Source: Rhodoglobus sp.
GTDB taxonomy: Bacteria > Actinomycetota > Actinomycetes > Actinomycetales > Microbacteriaceae
Assembly: GCA_965279645.1 (NCBI GenBank)
Contig: OZ257254.1
Location: forward strand, 362,781 to 426,780
Length of the DNA: 64,000 nt
Reading direction: 5' to 3'
Both the position numbers and the translations under genes were made by a program. Below are positions 16,737 to 28,336 of the stretch, piece by piece. Positions within the stretch are counted from its first letter, which is position 1. Every line of letters starts with the position of its first letter. The notes beneath the pieces were generated by a model, which made no database searches, had not been told where the DNA came from, and saw nothing but the letters and a program-made list of their open reading frames with translations.

Positions 16737-19598
16737 ATGCTCGCGCTCCTCGGCGTTTTCGGGGCTGTGGCTATTGTGATGCCCGGGCTTGTGCGGCTCT
16801 GGGGTCGCAGCGCGTTTCTCGCTGCCGCAGCAGTGCCACTCGCCGCATTCGTCTACACGATCGCCTCGGGTCCCGCCGTCATGGCCGGCAACCCGGTGCT
16901 GCAATCGGTGCCGTGGATTCCCGAACTCGACTTCACTATCTCCCTGCGCATGGACACGCTGTCGTGGGCGATGGCCTTGGTTGTCACGGGGGTCGGGACC
17001 CTCGTGCTCGTCTACTGCGCCCGATACTTCCGGAGCGACGAGGATTCGCTCGGCAGGTTCGCCGCGGTGCTGCTCGCGTTTGCGGGCGCCATGTATGGGC
17101 TCGTCATCGCCGACGATGTGTACCTGCTCTTCGTGTTCTGGGAAGCCACGAGCGTGCTGTCGTACCTGCTCATCGGCCACTCCACGGCACGCAAGACGAG
17201 CCGCGGAGCGGCGCTCCAGGCCTTGCTGGTGACGACGCTCGGCGGGCTCGCGATGCTCGTCGGCCTGGTCATCCTCTCGGTCTCGACGGGAACATCGAGC
17301 CTCTCGGGAATCATCGCAGCGGCACCGGATAACACGCTCGCGGTCGTCGCTGTGATGCTCGTGCTTGTTGGTGCGCTGTCGAAGTCCGCGATCTTCCCCT
17401 TCCACTTCTGGCTTCCCGCAGCGATGGCCGCGCCGACGCCCGTGAGCGCCTACCTTCACGCTGCGGCCATGGTGAAGGCGGGCATCTACCTCATCGCGCG
17501 CATGGCGCCCGGCTTCAGCGACATCCCCGGCTGGAAAGAAGTGCTCATTGGGCTCGGCGTCTTCACGATGCTGCTCGGTGGCTGGACGGCGCTCAAGCAG
17601 CACGATCTCAAGCTCGTGCTTGCCTACGGCACGGTCAGCCAGTTGGGCCTGCTGACGGTCGTGGTGGGCTTTGGCACGCGCACGGCCGCCCTCGCGGGAC
17701 TGGCGCTCCTGCTGGCGCACGCCCTCTACAAGGCAACCCTGTTCCTGGTGGTGGGCATCATTGATCACCGTGCCGGAACACGTGACCTGCGCAAGCTCTC
17801 GGGCCTGGGCCGCGCCTCCCCGGCTCTCGCCGTCATCACGGCGCTCGCGCTCGCATCGATGATCGGACTACCGCCCCTTCTCGGCTTCGTCGCCAAGGAG
17901 GGCGTGTTCACGGGGCTGCTCGAGGGCGCGCAGTCGGGTGATCCGCTCGGCTGGGTCGCGGTTGTCGGTATTGCTCTCGGCACCGTGCTCACCACGGCCT
18001 ACAGCCTGCGATTCTTCTGGGGCGCGTTCGCCACGAAGCCCGGCGTCGACGCCGTGTCAGACGTGCGCGGTCATCCCGACTTTCTCCTGTCGCCGGCGCT
18101 GCTCGCGCTTGCCGGGCTCGCCCTGGGAATCATCGCGCCGCTCGTGGACGGCTGGCTTGTCGGCTACGCCGATTCGTTCCCCGAGTCGGGTGAGAGCTAC
18201 CACCTCGCGCTGTGGCACGGCTTCGAACCCGCGCTCGCGATCTCTACCGTGACGATCGCGCTCGGTGTGGTGCTCTTCGTGGCCCGAAACCCGGTAGGTG
18301 CGGTGCAGGCACGGCTCGGCACGGGGCTGTCGGCCGCCAACGCCTACGGCGCCTCGATGCGCTTCATTGATCGCACCGCGGCGCGCACGACGAGCCTCAC
18401 TCAGCGCGGCTCGCTGCCGTTCTATCTCGGCGTGATCCTGCTCGTCTTTACTGTCGCCATCACGGCCGGTCTCGTGCTCAACCGCACTTGGCCCACCGAC
18501 ATCCGCCTGTGGGACTACCCCGGCCAGCTCGCCATCGGCGTCATCATGATCGTGGCCGCCATTGCGGCCACGCGGGCGGGCAAGCGATTCCAAGCGGTCG
18601 TGCTCGTGGGCGTGACAGGGTTCGGCATGTCGGCGCTGTTCGCGCTGCAGGGTGCACCCGATCTCGCCCTCACGCAGATTCTCGTCGAGGTCGTGACGCT
18701 CGTGGCATTCGTGCTCGTGCTGCGGCGGCTTCCCGCCAAGCTGGGGGCGCGCAACGGCAGCAAGCGTCGAGTCATCCGCGCCATTCTCGGTGCTGCGGTC
18801 GGCGTGCTCATGGCGTGCGTTGCCGTGGTGGCGCTCGGTGCCCGCACCGACCTGCCGATCTCGCTCGAGTGGGCCGAGCTGGCCTACAACCAGGGCCACG
18901 GTCGCAACGTGGTGAACGTCGCGCTCGTCGACCTGCGCGGCTGGGACACGATGGGGGAGCTGTCGGTGATCATCGCGGCAGCGACGGGCGTCGCGAGCCT
19001 GATCTTCATCAGCGGCCGCACCGACAACCTGCCGCGCCTGGCCCGCAAGGATGCCCGCAAGACGGGACACGACCGGCTGCTGCGCGCCGCCGACCCGAGC
19101 AACGCCGACCGCGGCTCCTGGCTGCTCGCCGGGCGCACACTCGCCGCACACAACCGCTCGATCCTGCTCGAGGTGGTCGTGCGCCTCATCTTCCACCCGA
19201 TCATCGTCGTGTCGATCTACCTGCTGCTCGTGGGCCACAACGCGCCCGGGGGCGGGTTCGCGGGCGGACTCGTCGCGGGCATGGCACTCGTGGCTCGCTA
19301 CCTCGCGGGGGGCAGGCACGAGTTGGGTGCCGCCGCGCCATTCGACGCGGGCAAGCTGCTCGGAACAGGGCTCGTACTCGCGGTGGGCACGGCCCTCGTT
19401 CCCCTGTTCTTCGGGGTGGACGCGCTCACGTCAACGTGGTTCGAGTGGAACCTCGGGCCCTTCGGCGAGCTTGAGTTCGTGACATCCACGATCTTCGACA
19501 TCGGCGTGTACCTCGTGGTCATCGGTCTCGTGCTCGACGTGCTGCGCAGCCTCGGCGCCGAGGTCGACCGCCAGCAGGAGAGCGAGGTCGCGTCGTGA
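16737..19598 (+). CDS. mrpA: Mrp/Pha Na+/H+ antiporter subunit A (fused A+B)
   Basis: KSAIFPFHFWLPAAMAAPTPVSAYLHAAAMVKAG, LRGWDTMGE and GHNAPGGGFAGG (MrpB part). ATG 16737 after GGAGG. Confidence 0.95.
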   Translation: MLALLGVFGAVAIVMPGLVRLWGRSAFLAAAAVPLAAFVYTIASGPAVMAGNPVLQSVPWIPELDFTISLRMDTLSWAMALVVTGVGTLVLVYCARYFRSDEDSLGRFAAVLLAFAGAMYGLVIADDVYLLFVFWEATSVLSYLLIGHSTARKTSRGAALQALLVTTLGGLAMLVGLVILSVSTGTSSLSGIIAAAPDNTLAVVAVMLVLVGALSKSAIFPFHFWLPAAMAAPTPVSAYLHAAAMVKAGIYLIARMAPGFSDIPGWKEVLIGLGVFTMLLGGWTALKQHDLKLVLAYGTVSQLGLLTVVVGFGTRTAALAGLALLLAHALYKATLFLVVGIIDHRAGTRDLRKLSGLGRASPALAVITALALASMIGLPPLLGFVAKEGVFTGLLEGAQSGDPLGWVAVVGIALGTVLTTAYSLRFFWGAFATKPGVDAVSDVRGHPDFLLSPALLALAGLALGIIAPLVDGWLVGYADSFPESGESYHLALWHGFEPALAISTVTIALGVVLFVARNPVGAVQARLGTGLSAANAYGASMRFIDRTAARTTSLTQRGSLPFYLGVILLVFTVAITAGLVLNRTWPTDIRLWDYPGQLAIGVIMIVAAIAATRAGKRFQAVVLVGVTGFGMSALFALQGAPDLALTQILVEVVTLVAFVLVLRRLPAKLGARNGSKRRVIRAILGAAVGVLMACVAVVALGARTDLPISLEWAELAYNQGHGRNVVNVALVDLRGWDTMGELSVIIAAATGVASLIFISGRTDNLPRLARKDARKTGHDRLLRAADPSNADRGSWLLAGRTLAAHNRSILLEVVVRLIFHPIIVVSIYLLLVGHNAPGGGFAGGLVAGMALVARYLAGGRHELGAAAPFDAGKLLGTGLVLAVGTALVPLFFGVDALTSTWFEWNLGPFGELEFVTSTIFDIGVYLVVIGLVLDVLRSLGAEVDRQQESEVAS

Positions 19599-20041
19599 GC
19601 GTCTCGCTCGTACTCCTCATCGTCATGGCCGTGCTCTATGCGTGCGGCGTGTATCTGCTGCTTGAGCGCAGCATGACTCGAGTGCTGCTGGGGTTCCTGC
19701 TCGTGGGCAATGCCACCAACCTGCTGATCCTGATCATGGCGGGCAAGGCCGGGGTCGCTCCCATCGTCACGGATGGAGTCGAGGCGGAGCAGATGACCGA
19801 CCCGCTGCCCGAGGCGCTCATTCTCACCGCGATCGTGATCACCTTTGGAGTCTCTGCCTTCCTGATGGCCCTCATCTATCGCTCGTGGCGCCTGTCGCGA
19901 GAAGACCACCTGGAAGACGACGCCGACGACATCGCCATGCGCGATGGCTCGATGATCATCCCGGGCGAGGGTTCAGACGACCCGAGTTCGGGGCCCGATG
20001 AACCGGACACCGAGTTTCCCGTTGGGGAGGCCTCGCGATGA
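19595..20041 (+). CDS. mrpC: Mrp antiporter subunit C
   Basis: DPLPEALILTAIVITFG; GTGA overlap with mrpA. Confidence 0.93.
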   Translation: MSVSLVLLIVMAVLYACGVYLLLERSMTRVLLGFLLVGNATNLLILIMAGKAGVAPIVTDGVEAEQMTDPLPEALILTAIVITFGVSAFLMALIYRSWRLSREDHLEDDADDIAMRDGSMIIPGEGSDDPSSGPDEPDTEFPVGEASR

Positions 20042-21600
20042 ACCTGATCGTGCCCCTCGTGGTGCTGATCCCGCTCGTGGGTGCCGCCTCAGCGCTCATC
20101 CTGAGCCGCAGCCCGCGTGCCCAGCGCATCGTCGCGATCCTCGCGCTCGTCGCCGTGCTCGTGATCGGCTGCGTCATGCTCGCCGCTGTTGACACCTCGG
20201 GTGCGCTCGTCATGGAGGTGGGCGGATGGGCCGCGCCCTTCGGCATCGTGCTGGTCGTCGACAGGCTCGCGGCCCTCATGGTGGTCGTCTCCGCACTCGT
20301 ACTTCTCGCGGTGCTCGTCTTCTCCGTCGGCCAGGGTCTCGCCGACGGCGATGATGAGACTCCCGTCTCGATCTACTACCCGACCTACCTGATCCTCGCG
20401 ACGGGCGTGTTCAACGCCTTCATCGCGGGCGACCTCTTCAACCTCTACGTGGGCTTCGAGATCCTGCTGGTGTCGAGTTACGTGCTTCTCACGCTCGGCG
20501 GAACCGAGGCGCGAATTCGAGCCGGCACGACGTACATCGTCGTGAGCCTCGTGTCGTCGATGCTCTTCCTCGCGAGCATCGCGATGATCTACGGCGCGGT
20601 GGGCACGGTCAACATTGCCCAGATCTCACTGCGCATGGCCGATATCCCGATCGACGTGCAGATACTGCTGCACATCATGCTGCTCGTGGCGTTCGGCATC
20701 AAGGCCGCGGTGTTCCCGCTGTCGTTCTGGTTGCCCGACTCTTATCCCACCGCTCCCGCACCGGTGACCGCCGTCTTCGCGGGATTGCTCACCAAGGTCG
20801 GTGTCTACGCGATCATCCGCACCGAGACGATCATCTTCCCGGGGCCGGAACTCAACGTTGCCCTCATGGTTGTTGCGCTGCTCACGATGGTCGTCGGGGT
20901 GCTCGGTGCGGTGGCGCAGGCCGACATCAAGCGACTGCTCTCGTTTACCCTCGTGAGCCACATCGGCTACATGATCCTGGGGGTCTCGCTCGGCTCGGCC
21001 ATCGGCACGTCTGCCGCGATCTACTACATCGTGCATCACATCATCGTGCAGACCACGCTGTTCCTCGGGGCGGGACTGATCGAACGCCAGGGTGGATCCA
21101 CGTCGATAACGAAGCTCGGAGGGCTACTGAAGTCGGCCCCTGTGATCGCGCTCCTGTTCTTCCTGCCCGCGCTCAACCTCGGCGGCATTCCGCCGTTATC
21201 GGGCTTCATAGGAAAGCTCGCGCTCTTCGAAGCGACAGCCCAACAGGGCACCGCTCTCGCGTGGGTGCTCATCGGGGCCGGAGCGCTCGTGTCTCTGCTG
21301 ACGCTATACGCGCTCATGAGGGTCTGGAACATGGCGTTCTGGCGCCCCGCCGCCGACGTCGAGGGGTACGAATCCGACCTGCTCGACAACGTGAAGGAAG
21401 CGCCCGACGCCGAGACAGTGAAGCAGAAGCGACGCATCCCGGCGCTCATGACGGCAGCCACGGCAGGAATGGTGGTGGCGAGCCTCGCGCTCACGGTGTT
21501 CGCCGGGCCGCTGTTCGGGATCAGCTCGCGCGCGGGCGAGAACCTCGAGGGCCCGTCCACCTACGTCGACATCGTCTTCCCGGAGGCGATCAATGAGTGA
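20038..21600 (+). CDS. mrpD: Mrp antiporter subunit D
   Basis: GDLFNLYVGFEI, KAAVFPLSFWLPDSYP, FAGLLTKVGVY. Confidence 0.95.
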   Translation: MNLIVPLVVLIPLVGAASALILSRSPRAQRIVAILALVAVLVIGCVMLAAVDTSGALVMEVGGWAAPFGIVLVVDRLAALMVVVSALVLLAVLVFSVGQGLADGDDETPVSIYYPTYLILATGVFNAFIAGDLFNLYVGFEILLVSSYVLLTLGGTEARIRAGTTYIVVSLVSSMLFLASIAMIYGAVGTVNIAQISLRMADIPIDVQILLHIMLLVAFGIKAAVFPLSFWLPDSYPTAPAPVTAVFAGLLTKVGVYAIIRTETIIFPGPELNVALMVVALLTMVVGVLGAVAQADIKRLLSFTLVSHIGYMILGVSLGSAIGTSAAIYYIVHHIIVQTTLFLGAGLIERQGGSTSITKLGGLLKSAPVIALLFFLPALNLGGIPPLSGFIGKLALFEATAQQGTALAWVLIGAGALVSLLTLYALMRVWNMAFWRPAADVEGYESDLLDNVKEAPDAETVKQKRRIPALMTAATAGMVVASLALTVFAGPLFGISSRAGENLEGPSTYVDIVFPEAINE

Positions 21601-22162
21601 CGACGTGAACGGCACCGACAAGCTCGATCGCAGCGTGGTGCGCTGGCGACTGTGGCAGCAGCTTCCGCTGCTCGTCGCGCTCATCGTGCTGTGGATGTTG
21701 CTGTGGGGCGCCATCAGCTGGCTGAGTCTTGCAAGCGGCGCGATTGTCGCGCTCGTCGTCACGCGCCTGTTCTACCTGCCGCCCGTCGAGCTGTCGGGAC
21801 GCTTCAACCCGTGGTGGGCGCTCGTGTTCCTCGTGAAGTTCGCATTCGACATCGTCGTCGGCTCGTTCAGTGTCGCGTGGCAGGCGGTGCGACCGCATCC
21901 CGTGCGCACGAATGCCGTGATCGCGGCCGAACTGGTGACCCGATCCGACTTCATCCTCACCCTCACGGCCCTCGCGATCTCCCTCATCCCGGGCTCACTC
22001 GTCGTCGAAGTCGACCGCGGGCGAGCGGTGCTGTACCTGCACGCCATCGGAGTCGCCTCGCCTGACGAGGTCGAACGACTGCGCGCTCGAGTGCTTCAGG
22101 TCGAACGCGGCATCGTTCGCGCGCTGGGTTCGGCCGACGATGTTGAGAGGACTCGAGCATGA
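21593..22162 (+). CDS. mrpE: Mrp antiporter subunit E
   Basis: ISLIPGSLVVEVD..LYLH; position in the operon. Confidence 0.9.
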   Translation: MSDDVNGTDKLDRSVVRWRLWQQLPLLVALIVLWMLLWGAISWLSLASGAIVALVVTRLFYLPPVELSGRFNPWWALVFLVKFAFDIVVGSFSVAWQAVRPHPVRTNAVIAAELVTRSDFILTLTALAISLIPGSLVVEVDRGRAVLYLHAIGVASPDEVERLRARVLQVERGIVRALGSADDVERTRA

Positions 22163-22434
22163 GCATCCTGTACCTCGTCATCGGCCTCATGTTCACGGCC
22201 GCAGCGCTCATGGCGCTGTACCGCATCGTGCGCGGGCCATCGATTCTTGACCGGATGATTGCATCCGATGTCTTGCTGACGACCCTGATTCTCGTGGTCG
22301 GCGCCGAGATGGTCTACAACGGTCACACGCGCAGCATCCCGTTCATGCTCGTGCTCGCGGCAATCGCCATCTTCGCCACCGTCTCGGTCGCGCGATACGT
22401 GTCAAAACAGGACCGCAAGGAGGACCCGTCATGA
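22159..22434 (+). CDS. mrpF: Mrp antiporter subunit F
   Basis: [16 protein letters not shown]; three TMs. Confidence 0.92.
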   Translation: MSILYLVIGLMFTAAALMALYRIVRGPSILDRMIASDVLLTTLILVVGAEMVYNGHTRSIPFMLVLAAIAIFATVSVARYVSKQDRKEDPS

Positions 22435-22793
22435 CCTTCGACGACGTACTCGACCTGATCGCGGCGCTCTGCCTGCTGCTCGGCGCCCTCCTCTCCGTTG
22501 CCGCGGGTGTCGGCCTCATGCGCTTTCCGGATGCCCTGAGCCGACTGCACGCGGCCACCAAGCCACAAATTCTCGGGCTGGTTTTTGTGCTCGCAGCGAT
22601 CGCGCTGGAGTCGCGCAACTGGTCGACGTTGCTCGTGCTCGCGCCGATTCTGGTGTTCCAGATGCTCACGGCCCCGATTTCGGCCCATATGGTGGGTCGC
22701 GCCGGGTATCGCACGGGCAACTATCGCGCAGACATCATGCTCGTCGACGAACTGGAGCCGGTGGTGGAACGGGCCACCAACGAGCCCGGCTAA
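22431..22793 (+). CDS. mrpG: Mrp antiporter subunit G
   Basis: [15 protein letters not shown] and [12 protein letters not shown]. Confidence 0.92.
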   Translation: MTFDDVLDLIAALCLLLGALLSVAAGVGLMRFPDALSRLHAATKPQILGLVFVLAAIALESRNWSTLLVLAPILVFQMLTAPISAHMVGRAGYRTGNYRADIMLVDELEPVVERATNEPG

Positions 22794-22825
22794 AGTGCTC
22801 GGCCCAGTGGTTCTACACTCGTAAT

Positions 22826-24523
22826 ATGCTGGAAACGCACGATATGAAGCCGCGCTCGCGCACCGTCACTGACGGTATCGAGGCCACCACGTCCCGCGGA
22901 ATGCTTCGCGCCGTGGGAATGGGTGACGCTGACTGGGACAAGCCCCAGATTGGCATCGCGAGCTCATGGAACGAGATCACGCCCTGCAACCTCAGCCTGG
23001 ACCGCCTGGCGCAGGCCGCGAAAGAGGGCGTGCACGGCGGTGGGGGATACCCGCTGCAGTTCGGCACCATCTCCGTATCCGACGGCATCTCGATGGGTCA
23101 CGAGGGAATGCACTTCTCTCTTGTCTCGCGCGAAGTGATCGCCGACTCGGTCGAAACCGTCATGCAGGCCGAGCGCCTCGACGGCTCGGTGCTGCTCGCG
23201 GGCTGTGACAAGTCGATCCCCGGCATGCTCATGGCGGCCGCTCGCCTCGACCTCGCATCGGTATTTCTCTATGCCGGCTCGATCGCTCCGGGCTGGGTCA
23301 AGCTGAGCGACGGCACCGAGAAAGACATCACGATCATCGATTCGTTCGAGGCCGTCGGCGCGGTCAAGGCCGGCAAGATGAGCCTCGAAGACGCCAAGCG
23401 CATCGAGTGCGCGTTCGCGCCCGGCGAGGGCGCGTGCGGTGGCATGTACACCGCCAACACCATGGCGAGTGTGGCCGAGGCTCTCGGCCTCTCGCTGCCC
23501 GGTTCCGCGTCCCCGGCCGCCGCTGATCGCCGCCGCGACTACTACGCGCACCGCTCGGGTGAGGCTGTTGTCGGCATGCTCGAGCGCGGGCAGACCGTGC
23601 GCGACATCCTCACGATCAAGGCCTTCGAGAACGCGATCGCCGTCGCCATGGCACTGGGAGGATCGACCAACGTCATCCTCCACCTGCTCGCAATCGCCTA
23701 TGAGGCCGAGGTTCCTCTCTCACTCGACGACTTCAACCGCATCGGCTCGAAGGTTCCGCACCTCGGTGACCTCAAGCCCTTCGGCAAGTACGTGATGAAC
23801 GATGTCGACCGCCAGGGTGGGCTGCCGGTGCTGATGAAGGCGCTGCTGGATGCCGGACTCATGCACGGCGATGCGCTCACCGTCACGGGCAAGACGATGG
23901 CAGAGAACCTTGCCGAGTTGAACCCCGAGCCGCTCGACGGCACGGTGCTGCGCACTCTCGACAACCCCATTCACGCCACCGGCGGACTCACGGTGCTGCA
24001 CGGCTCGTTCGCACCCGAGGGCGCCGTGGTGAAGACGGCTGGCTTCGATGCCGACGTCTTCGAGGGCCCCGCCCGCGTCTTCGAGCGGGAGCGCGCGGCA
24101 CTGGATGCCCTCACCGAGGGTTCAATCAAGGCCGGCGAGGTCGTGGTCATTCGCTACGAGGGACCCAAGGGTGGCCCCGGCATGCGCGAAATGCTCGCCA
24201 TCACCGCTGCCATCAAGGGCGCTGGGCTCGGCAAAGATGTACTACTCTTGACGGACGGCAGATTCTCAGGCGGCACAACCGGCCTGTGCATCGGCCACAT
24301 AGCTCCCGAAGCGGTGGACGCAGGTCCCATCGCCTTCGTGCGCGATGGTGATCTGATACGGGTCGATATCGCAGCTCGCTCGCTTGACCTACTGGTCGAT
24401 CCCGCAGAGCTCGAAGCCCGCCGAAACGGCTGGGCTCCTCTTCCTCCTCGCTACACCCGTGGCGTTCTCGCGAAGTACTCCAAGCTGGTGCACTCCGCGG
24501 CTCTGGGCGCTGTTACGGGCTAG
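22826..24523 (+). CDS. ilvD: Dihydroxy-acid dehydratase
   Basis: [43 protein letters not shown]. Confidence 0.97.
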   Translation: MLETHDMKPRSRTVTDGIEATTSRGMLRAVGMGDADWDKPQIGIASSWNEITPCNLSLDRLAQAAKEGVHGGGGYPLQFGTISVSDGISMGHEGMHFSLVSREVIADSVETVMQAERLDGSVLLAGCDKSIPGMLMAAARLDLASVFLYAGSIAPGWVKLSDGTEKDITIIDSFEAVGAVKAGKMSLEDAKRIECAFAPGEGACGGMYTANTMASVAEALGLSLPGSASPAAADRRRDYYAHRSGEAVVGMLERGQTVRDILTIKAFENAIAVAMALGGSTNVILHLLAIAYEAEVPLSLDDFNRIGSKVPHLGDLKPFGKYVMNDVDRQGGLPVLMKALLDAGLMHGDALTVTGKTMAENLAELNPEPLDGTVLRTLDNPIHATGGLTVLHGSFAPEGAVVKTAGFDADVFEGPARVFERERAALDALTEGSIKAGEVVVIRYEGPKGGPGMREMLAITAAIKGAGLGKDVLLLTDGRFSGGTTGLCIGHIAPEAVDAGPIAFVRDGDLIRVDIAARSLDLLVDPAELEARRNGWAPLPPRYTRGVLAKYSKLVHSAALGAVTG

Positions 24524-24547
24524 ATCACTATTCATCAAAGGAACTAC

Positions 24548-26332
24548 ATGTCCACGGACTCATCCCCGAGGCCGAAGTCAACCGCACCCGAGATCCTCAC
24601 CGGTTCGGGCGCGATCCTGAAATCCCTCGAGCACCTCGGAATCACTGACGTCTTCGGCCTGCCCGGCGGCGCCATCATGCCCTTCTACGACGAACTCATG
24701 GCCTCCACGGCCGTTCGCCACATCCTCGTTCGCCACGAGCAGGGTGCTGGCCACGCTGCCGAGGGCTACGCGTCATCCTCCGGCCGCGTCGGTGTCGCCA
24801 TCGCGACGAGTGGCCCCGGTGCCACCAACCTCGTCACGGCGATCGCCGACGCGCACATGGACTCGGTGCCGCTTATCGCGATCACGGGCCAGGTCTTCTC
24901 GACCTCGATGGGAACCGACGCGTTCCAGGAGGTCGACATCGTCGGCATCACGATGCCGATCACCAAGCACTCGTTCCTCGTGACTCGCCCCGAAGACGTG
25001 CCAGCGACTCTCGCCGCGGCGTACCACATCGCCACGACCGGGCGCCCCGGCCCCGTGCTCGTGGATGTCACGAAGGACTGTCAACAGAACAGCGCGCCGT
25101 TCATCTGGCCGCCCAAGGTTGACCTGCCCGGCTACCGCCCCGTCATGAAGGCGCACGGCAAGCAGGTGCAGGCCGCGGCAGCGCTGCTCGCCGAGGCCGA
25201 GCGCCCCGTGTTCTACGTGGGCGGCGGAGTGATCCGCGCTGGCGCATCCAAGGAGCTGCTCGAGCTCGCCGAGAAGGTGGGTGCGCCCATCGTCACGACG
25301 CTCATGGCTCGTGGCGCGTTCCCCGACTCGCACACCCTGCACCTCGGTATGCCCGGCATGCACGGCTCGGTTCCCGCCGTGCTTGGCCTGCAGGAGTCCG
25401 ACCTGATCATCTCGCTCGGTGCCCGCTTCGACGACCGCGTGACCGGCAAGCCGAGCGAGTTCGCGCCGCTCGCCAAGATCGTGCACGTCGACATCGACCC
25501 CGCGGAGATCGGCAAGATCCGAGCGGCGGATGTTCCCATCGTGGGTGACGCGAAAGACGTGATCATCGACCTGACTGCGGCGTTTGGCGAAGCATCCAAG
25601 AAGGCCAAGCCCGACTACACCGCCTGGTGGAAGCGCCTCGACACGCTGCGCGAGCAGTACCCCCTCGGCTACACGATGCCCGACGACGGGCTGCTCTCAC
25701 CGCAGCAGGTCATCGAGCGCATCGGCCAGCTCACCGGTCCCGAGGGCATCTACGCGGCAGGCGTCGGCCAGCACCAGATGTGGGCGGCACAGTTCATCAA
25801 GTACGAGCGCCCCAACGCCTGGCTCAACTCCGGCGGTGCAGGAACCATGGGATACGGCGTTCCCGCCGCCATGGGCGCCAAGGTTGCCAACCCCGACCGC
25901 GTGGTGTGGGCGATCGACGGCGACGGCTGCTTCCAGATGACCAACCAGGAACTCGCCACCTGCACGATCAACAACATCCCCATCAAGGTCGCGATCATCA
26001 ACAACTCGTCGCTCGGCATGGTGCGCCAGTGGCAGACCCTGTTCTACGACGGTCGTCACTCGTTCACCGACCTCAACACCGGTCACGACACGATCATGAT
26101 TCCCGACTTCGTCAAGCTGGGTGAGGCCTACGGTTGTCTCGCGATCCGCGTGACGAAACAGTCCGAGGTGGATGCCGCCATCAAGCTCGCCCTCGAAACC
26201 AACGACCGCCCCGTGGTGATCGACTTCGTGGTGAGCCGCGACGCCATGGTCTGGCCGATGGTGCCGCAGGGCGTCGGAAACTCGAGCGTTCAGTACGCTC
26301 GCGATCACGCCCCCGAGTGGGAAGAGGAGTAG
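24548..26332 (+). CDS. ilvB: Acetolactate synthase large subunit
   Basis: [39 protein letters not shown] (TPP motif). Confidence 0.97.
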   Translation: MSTDSSPRPKSTAPEILTGSGAILKSLEHLGITDVFGLPGGAIMPFYDELMASTAVRHILVRHEQGAGHAAEGYASSSGRVGVAIATSGPGATNLVTAIADAHMDSVPLIAITGQVFSTSMGTDAFQEVDIVGITMPITKHSFLVTRPEDVPATLAAAYHIATTGRPGPVLVDVTKDCQQNSAPFIWPPKVDLPGYRPVMKAHGKQVQAAAALLAEAERPVFYVGGGVIRAGASKELLELAEKVGAPIVTTLMARGAFPDSHTLHLGMPGMHGSVPAVLGLQESDLIISLGARFDDRVTGKPSEFAPLAKIVHVDIDPAEIGKIRAADVPIVGDAKDVIIDLTAAFGEASKKAKPDYTAWWKRLDTLREQYPLGYTMPDDGLLSPQQVIERIGQLTGPEGIYAAGVGQHQMWAAQFIKYERPNAWLNSGGAGTMGYGVPAAMGAKVANPDRVVWAIDGDGCFQMTNQELATCTINNIPIKVAIINNSSLGMVRQWQTLFYDGRHSFTDLNTGHDTIMIPDFVKLGEAYGCLAIRVTKQSEVDAAIKLALETNDRPVVIDFVVSRDAMVWPMVPQGVGNSSVQYARDHAPEWEEE

Positions 26333-26337
26333 GGAAC

Positions 26338-26844
26338 ATGAGCCACGTACTTTCACTCCTCGTCGAAGACAAACCCGGTCTGCTGACCCGAGTTGCTGGC
26401 CTGTTTGCCCGCCGCGGGTTCAACATCGAGTCTCTTGCCGTGGGCAAGAGCGAGATCGAGGGCCTGTCGCGCATCACCGTGGTGGTGGATGTTGACGAGC
26501 TGCCGCTCGAGCAGGTCACGAAGCAGCTCAACAAGCTCATCAACGTGATCAAGATTGTCGAGCTCGACCCCGACCAGTCGGTGAGCCGCGAGCACATGCT
26601 CATCAAGGTGCGCGTCGACAACACCACCCGCTCGCAGGTGCTGGAGGCGGTGAACCTCTTCCGCGCTCGTGTGGTGGATGTTGCCACCGACGCTCTCGTG
26701 ATCGAGACCACCGGTGACACGGGCAAGATCCAGGCGTTCCTTCGCGTGCTCGAGCCGTACGGCATCAAGGAGATCGCACAGAGCGGACTCCTCGCGATCG
26801 GCCGAGGCTCGAAGAGCATCACCGAACGCGTTTTCAAGAACTGA
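26338..26844 (+). CDS. ilvN: Acetolactate synthase small (ACT) subunit
   Basis: LLVEDKPGLLTRVAGLFARRGFNIESL and QLNKLINV. Confidence 0.96.
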   Translation: MSHVLSLLVEDKPGLLTRVAGLFARRGFNIESLAVGKSEIEGLSRITVVVDVDELPLEQVTKQLNKLINVIKIVELDPDQSVSREHMLIKVRVDNTTRSQVLEAVNLFRARVVDVATDALVIETTGDTGKIQAFLRVLEPYGIKEIAQSGLLAIGRGSKSITERVFKN

Positions 26845-27936
<1,092 letters not shown>

Positions 27937-27943
27937 CCCCCAG

Positions 27944-27965
27944 GCGGGTCGAGCTTGACGAGACC
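27944..27965 (+). repeat. REP-like element, family B (after ilvC)
   Basis: gcgggtcgagcttgacgagacc; 20/22 identical to the copy at 60971. Confidence 0.75.
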
Positions 27966-27977
27966 TGCCCCCTGTAC

Positions 27978-28013
27978 CAACGGCCGCCCTCACAAGGGGC
28001 GGCCGTTGTACTT
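27978..28013 (+). terminator. Probable intrinsic terminator of the ilv operon
   Basis: 12-bp stem CAACGGCCGCCC / GGGCGGCCGTTG with a 7-nt loop, followed by tacttt. Confidence 0.7.
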
Positions 28014-28020
28014 TGGTGAC

Positions 28021-28258
28021 ATGAAACCTGTCACGAGTGCGGCAGAGCTTGAGCAGATCCTGGGGCGGCCCGAGCCGCGGGTCGCGAACAAGGCGCGAAG
28101 CACGCTGCACGCGGTCGACCGGGAGTGGTTGGCGGCGGCATCCCTCGCCTTCATGGCCACGAGCGATGCCGAGGAACCCGGGGCGCGGCGACACCCTGCG
28201 CATCAACGGGCGCGCGACGATCGTGAGCGACGCGCCATTCTTCGACCACGGTCCCTGA
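28021..28258 (+). pseudogene. Decayed pyridoxamine-5'-phosphate-oxidase-like flavoprotein gene (MSMEG_1061 type)
   Basis: Frame 1: MKPVTSAAELEQILGRPEPRVANKARSTLHAVDREWLAAASLAFMATSDA. After a +1 shift: PGRGDTLRINGRATIVSDAPFFD, then a stop inside a repeat. The middle (SPKGD..PGN) and C-terminal parts recalled for the family are absent. Confidence 0.72.
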
Positions 28259-28336
28259 GGTTCTCTACGGTCCCTGAGGTTCTCGAAGGGAACGAGCCAG
28301 TCACGGGCGTTCCCTTCGAGAACCTCAGGGAACGGG
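28248..28336. repeat. REP-like palindromic element, family A, with a partial tandem duplication
   Basis: Perfect 23-bp arms ccctgaggttctcgaagggaacg (28272-28294) and cgttcccttcgagaacctcaggg (28308-28330); 18-bp direct repeat acggtccctgaggttctc at 28248 and 28267. Confidence 0.9.

Noticed and set aside
22794-22825. Attenuator or leader peptide for the ilv operon
   Set aside because: Only 32 bp lie before ilvD, with a leaderless signature, and 24 bp before ilvB; no Ile/Leu/Val-rich uORF fits.
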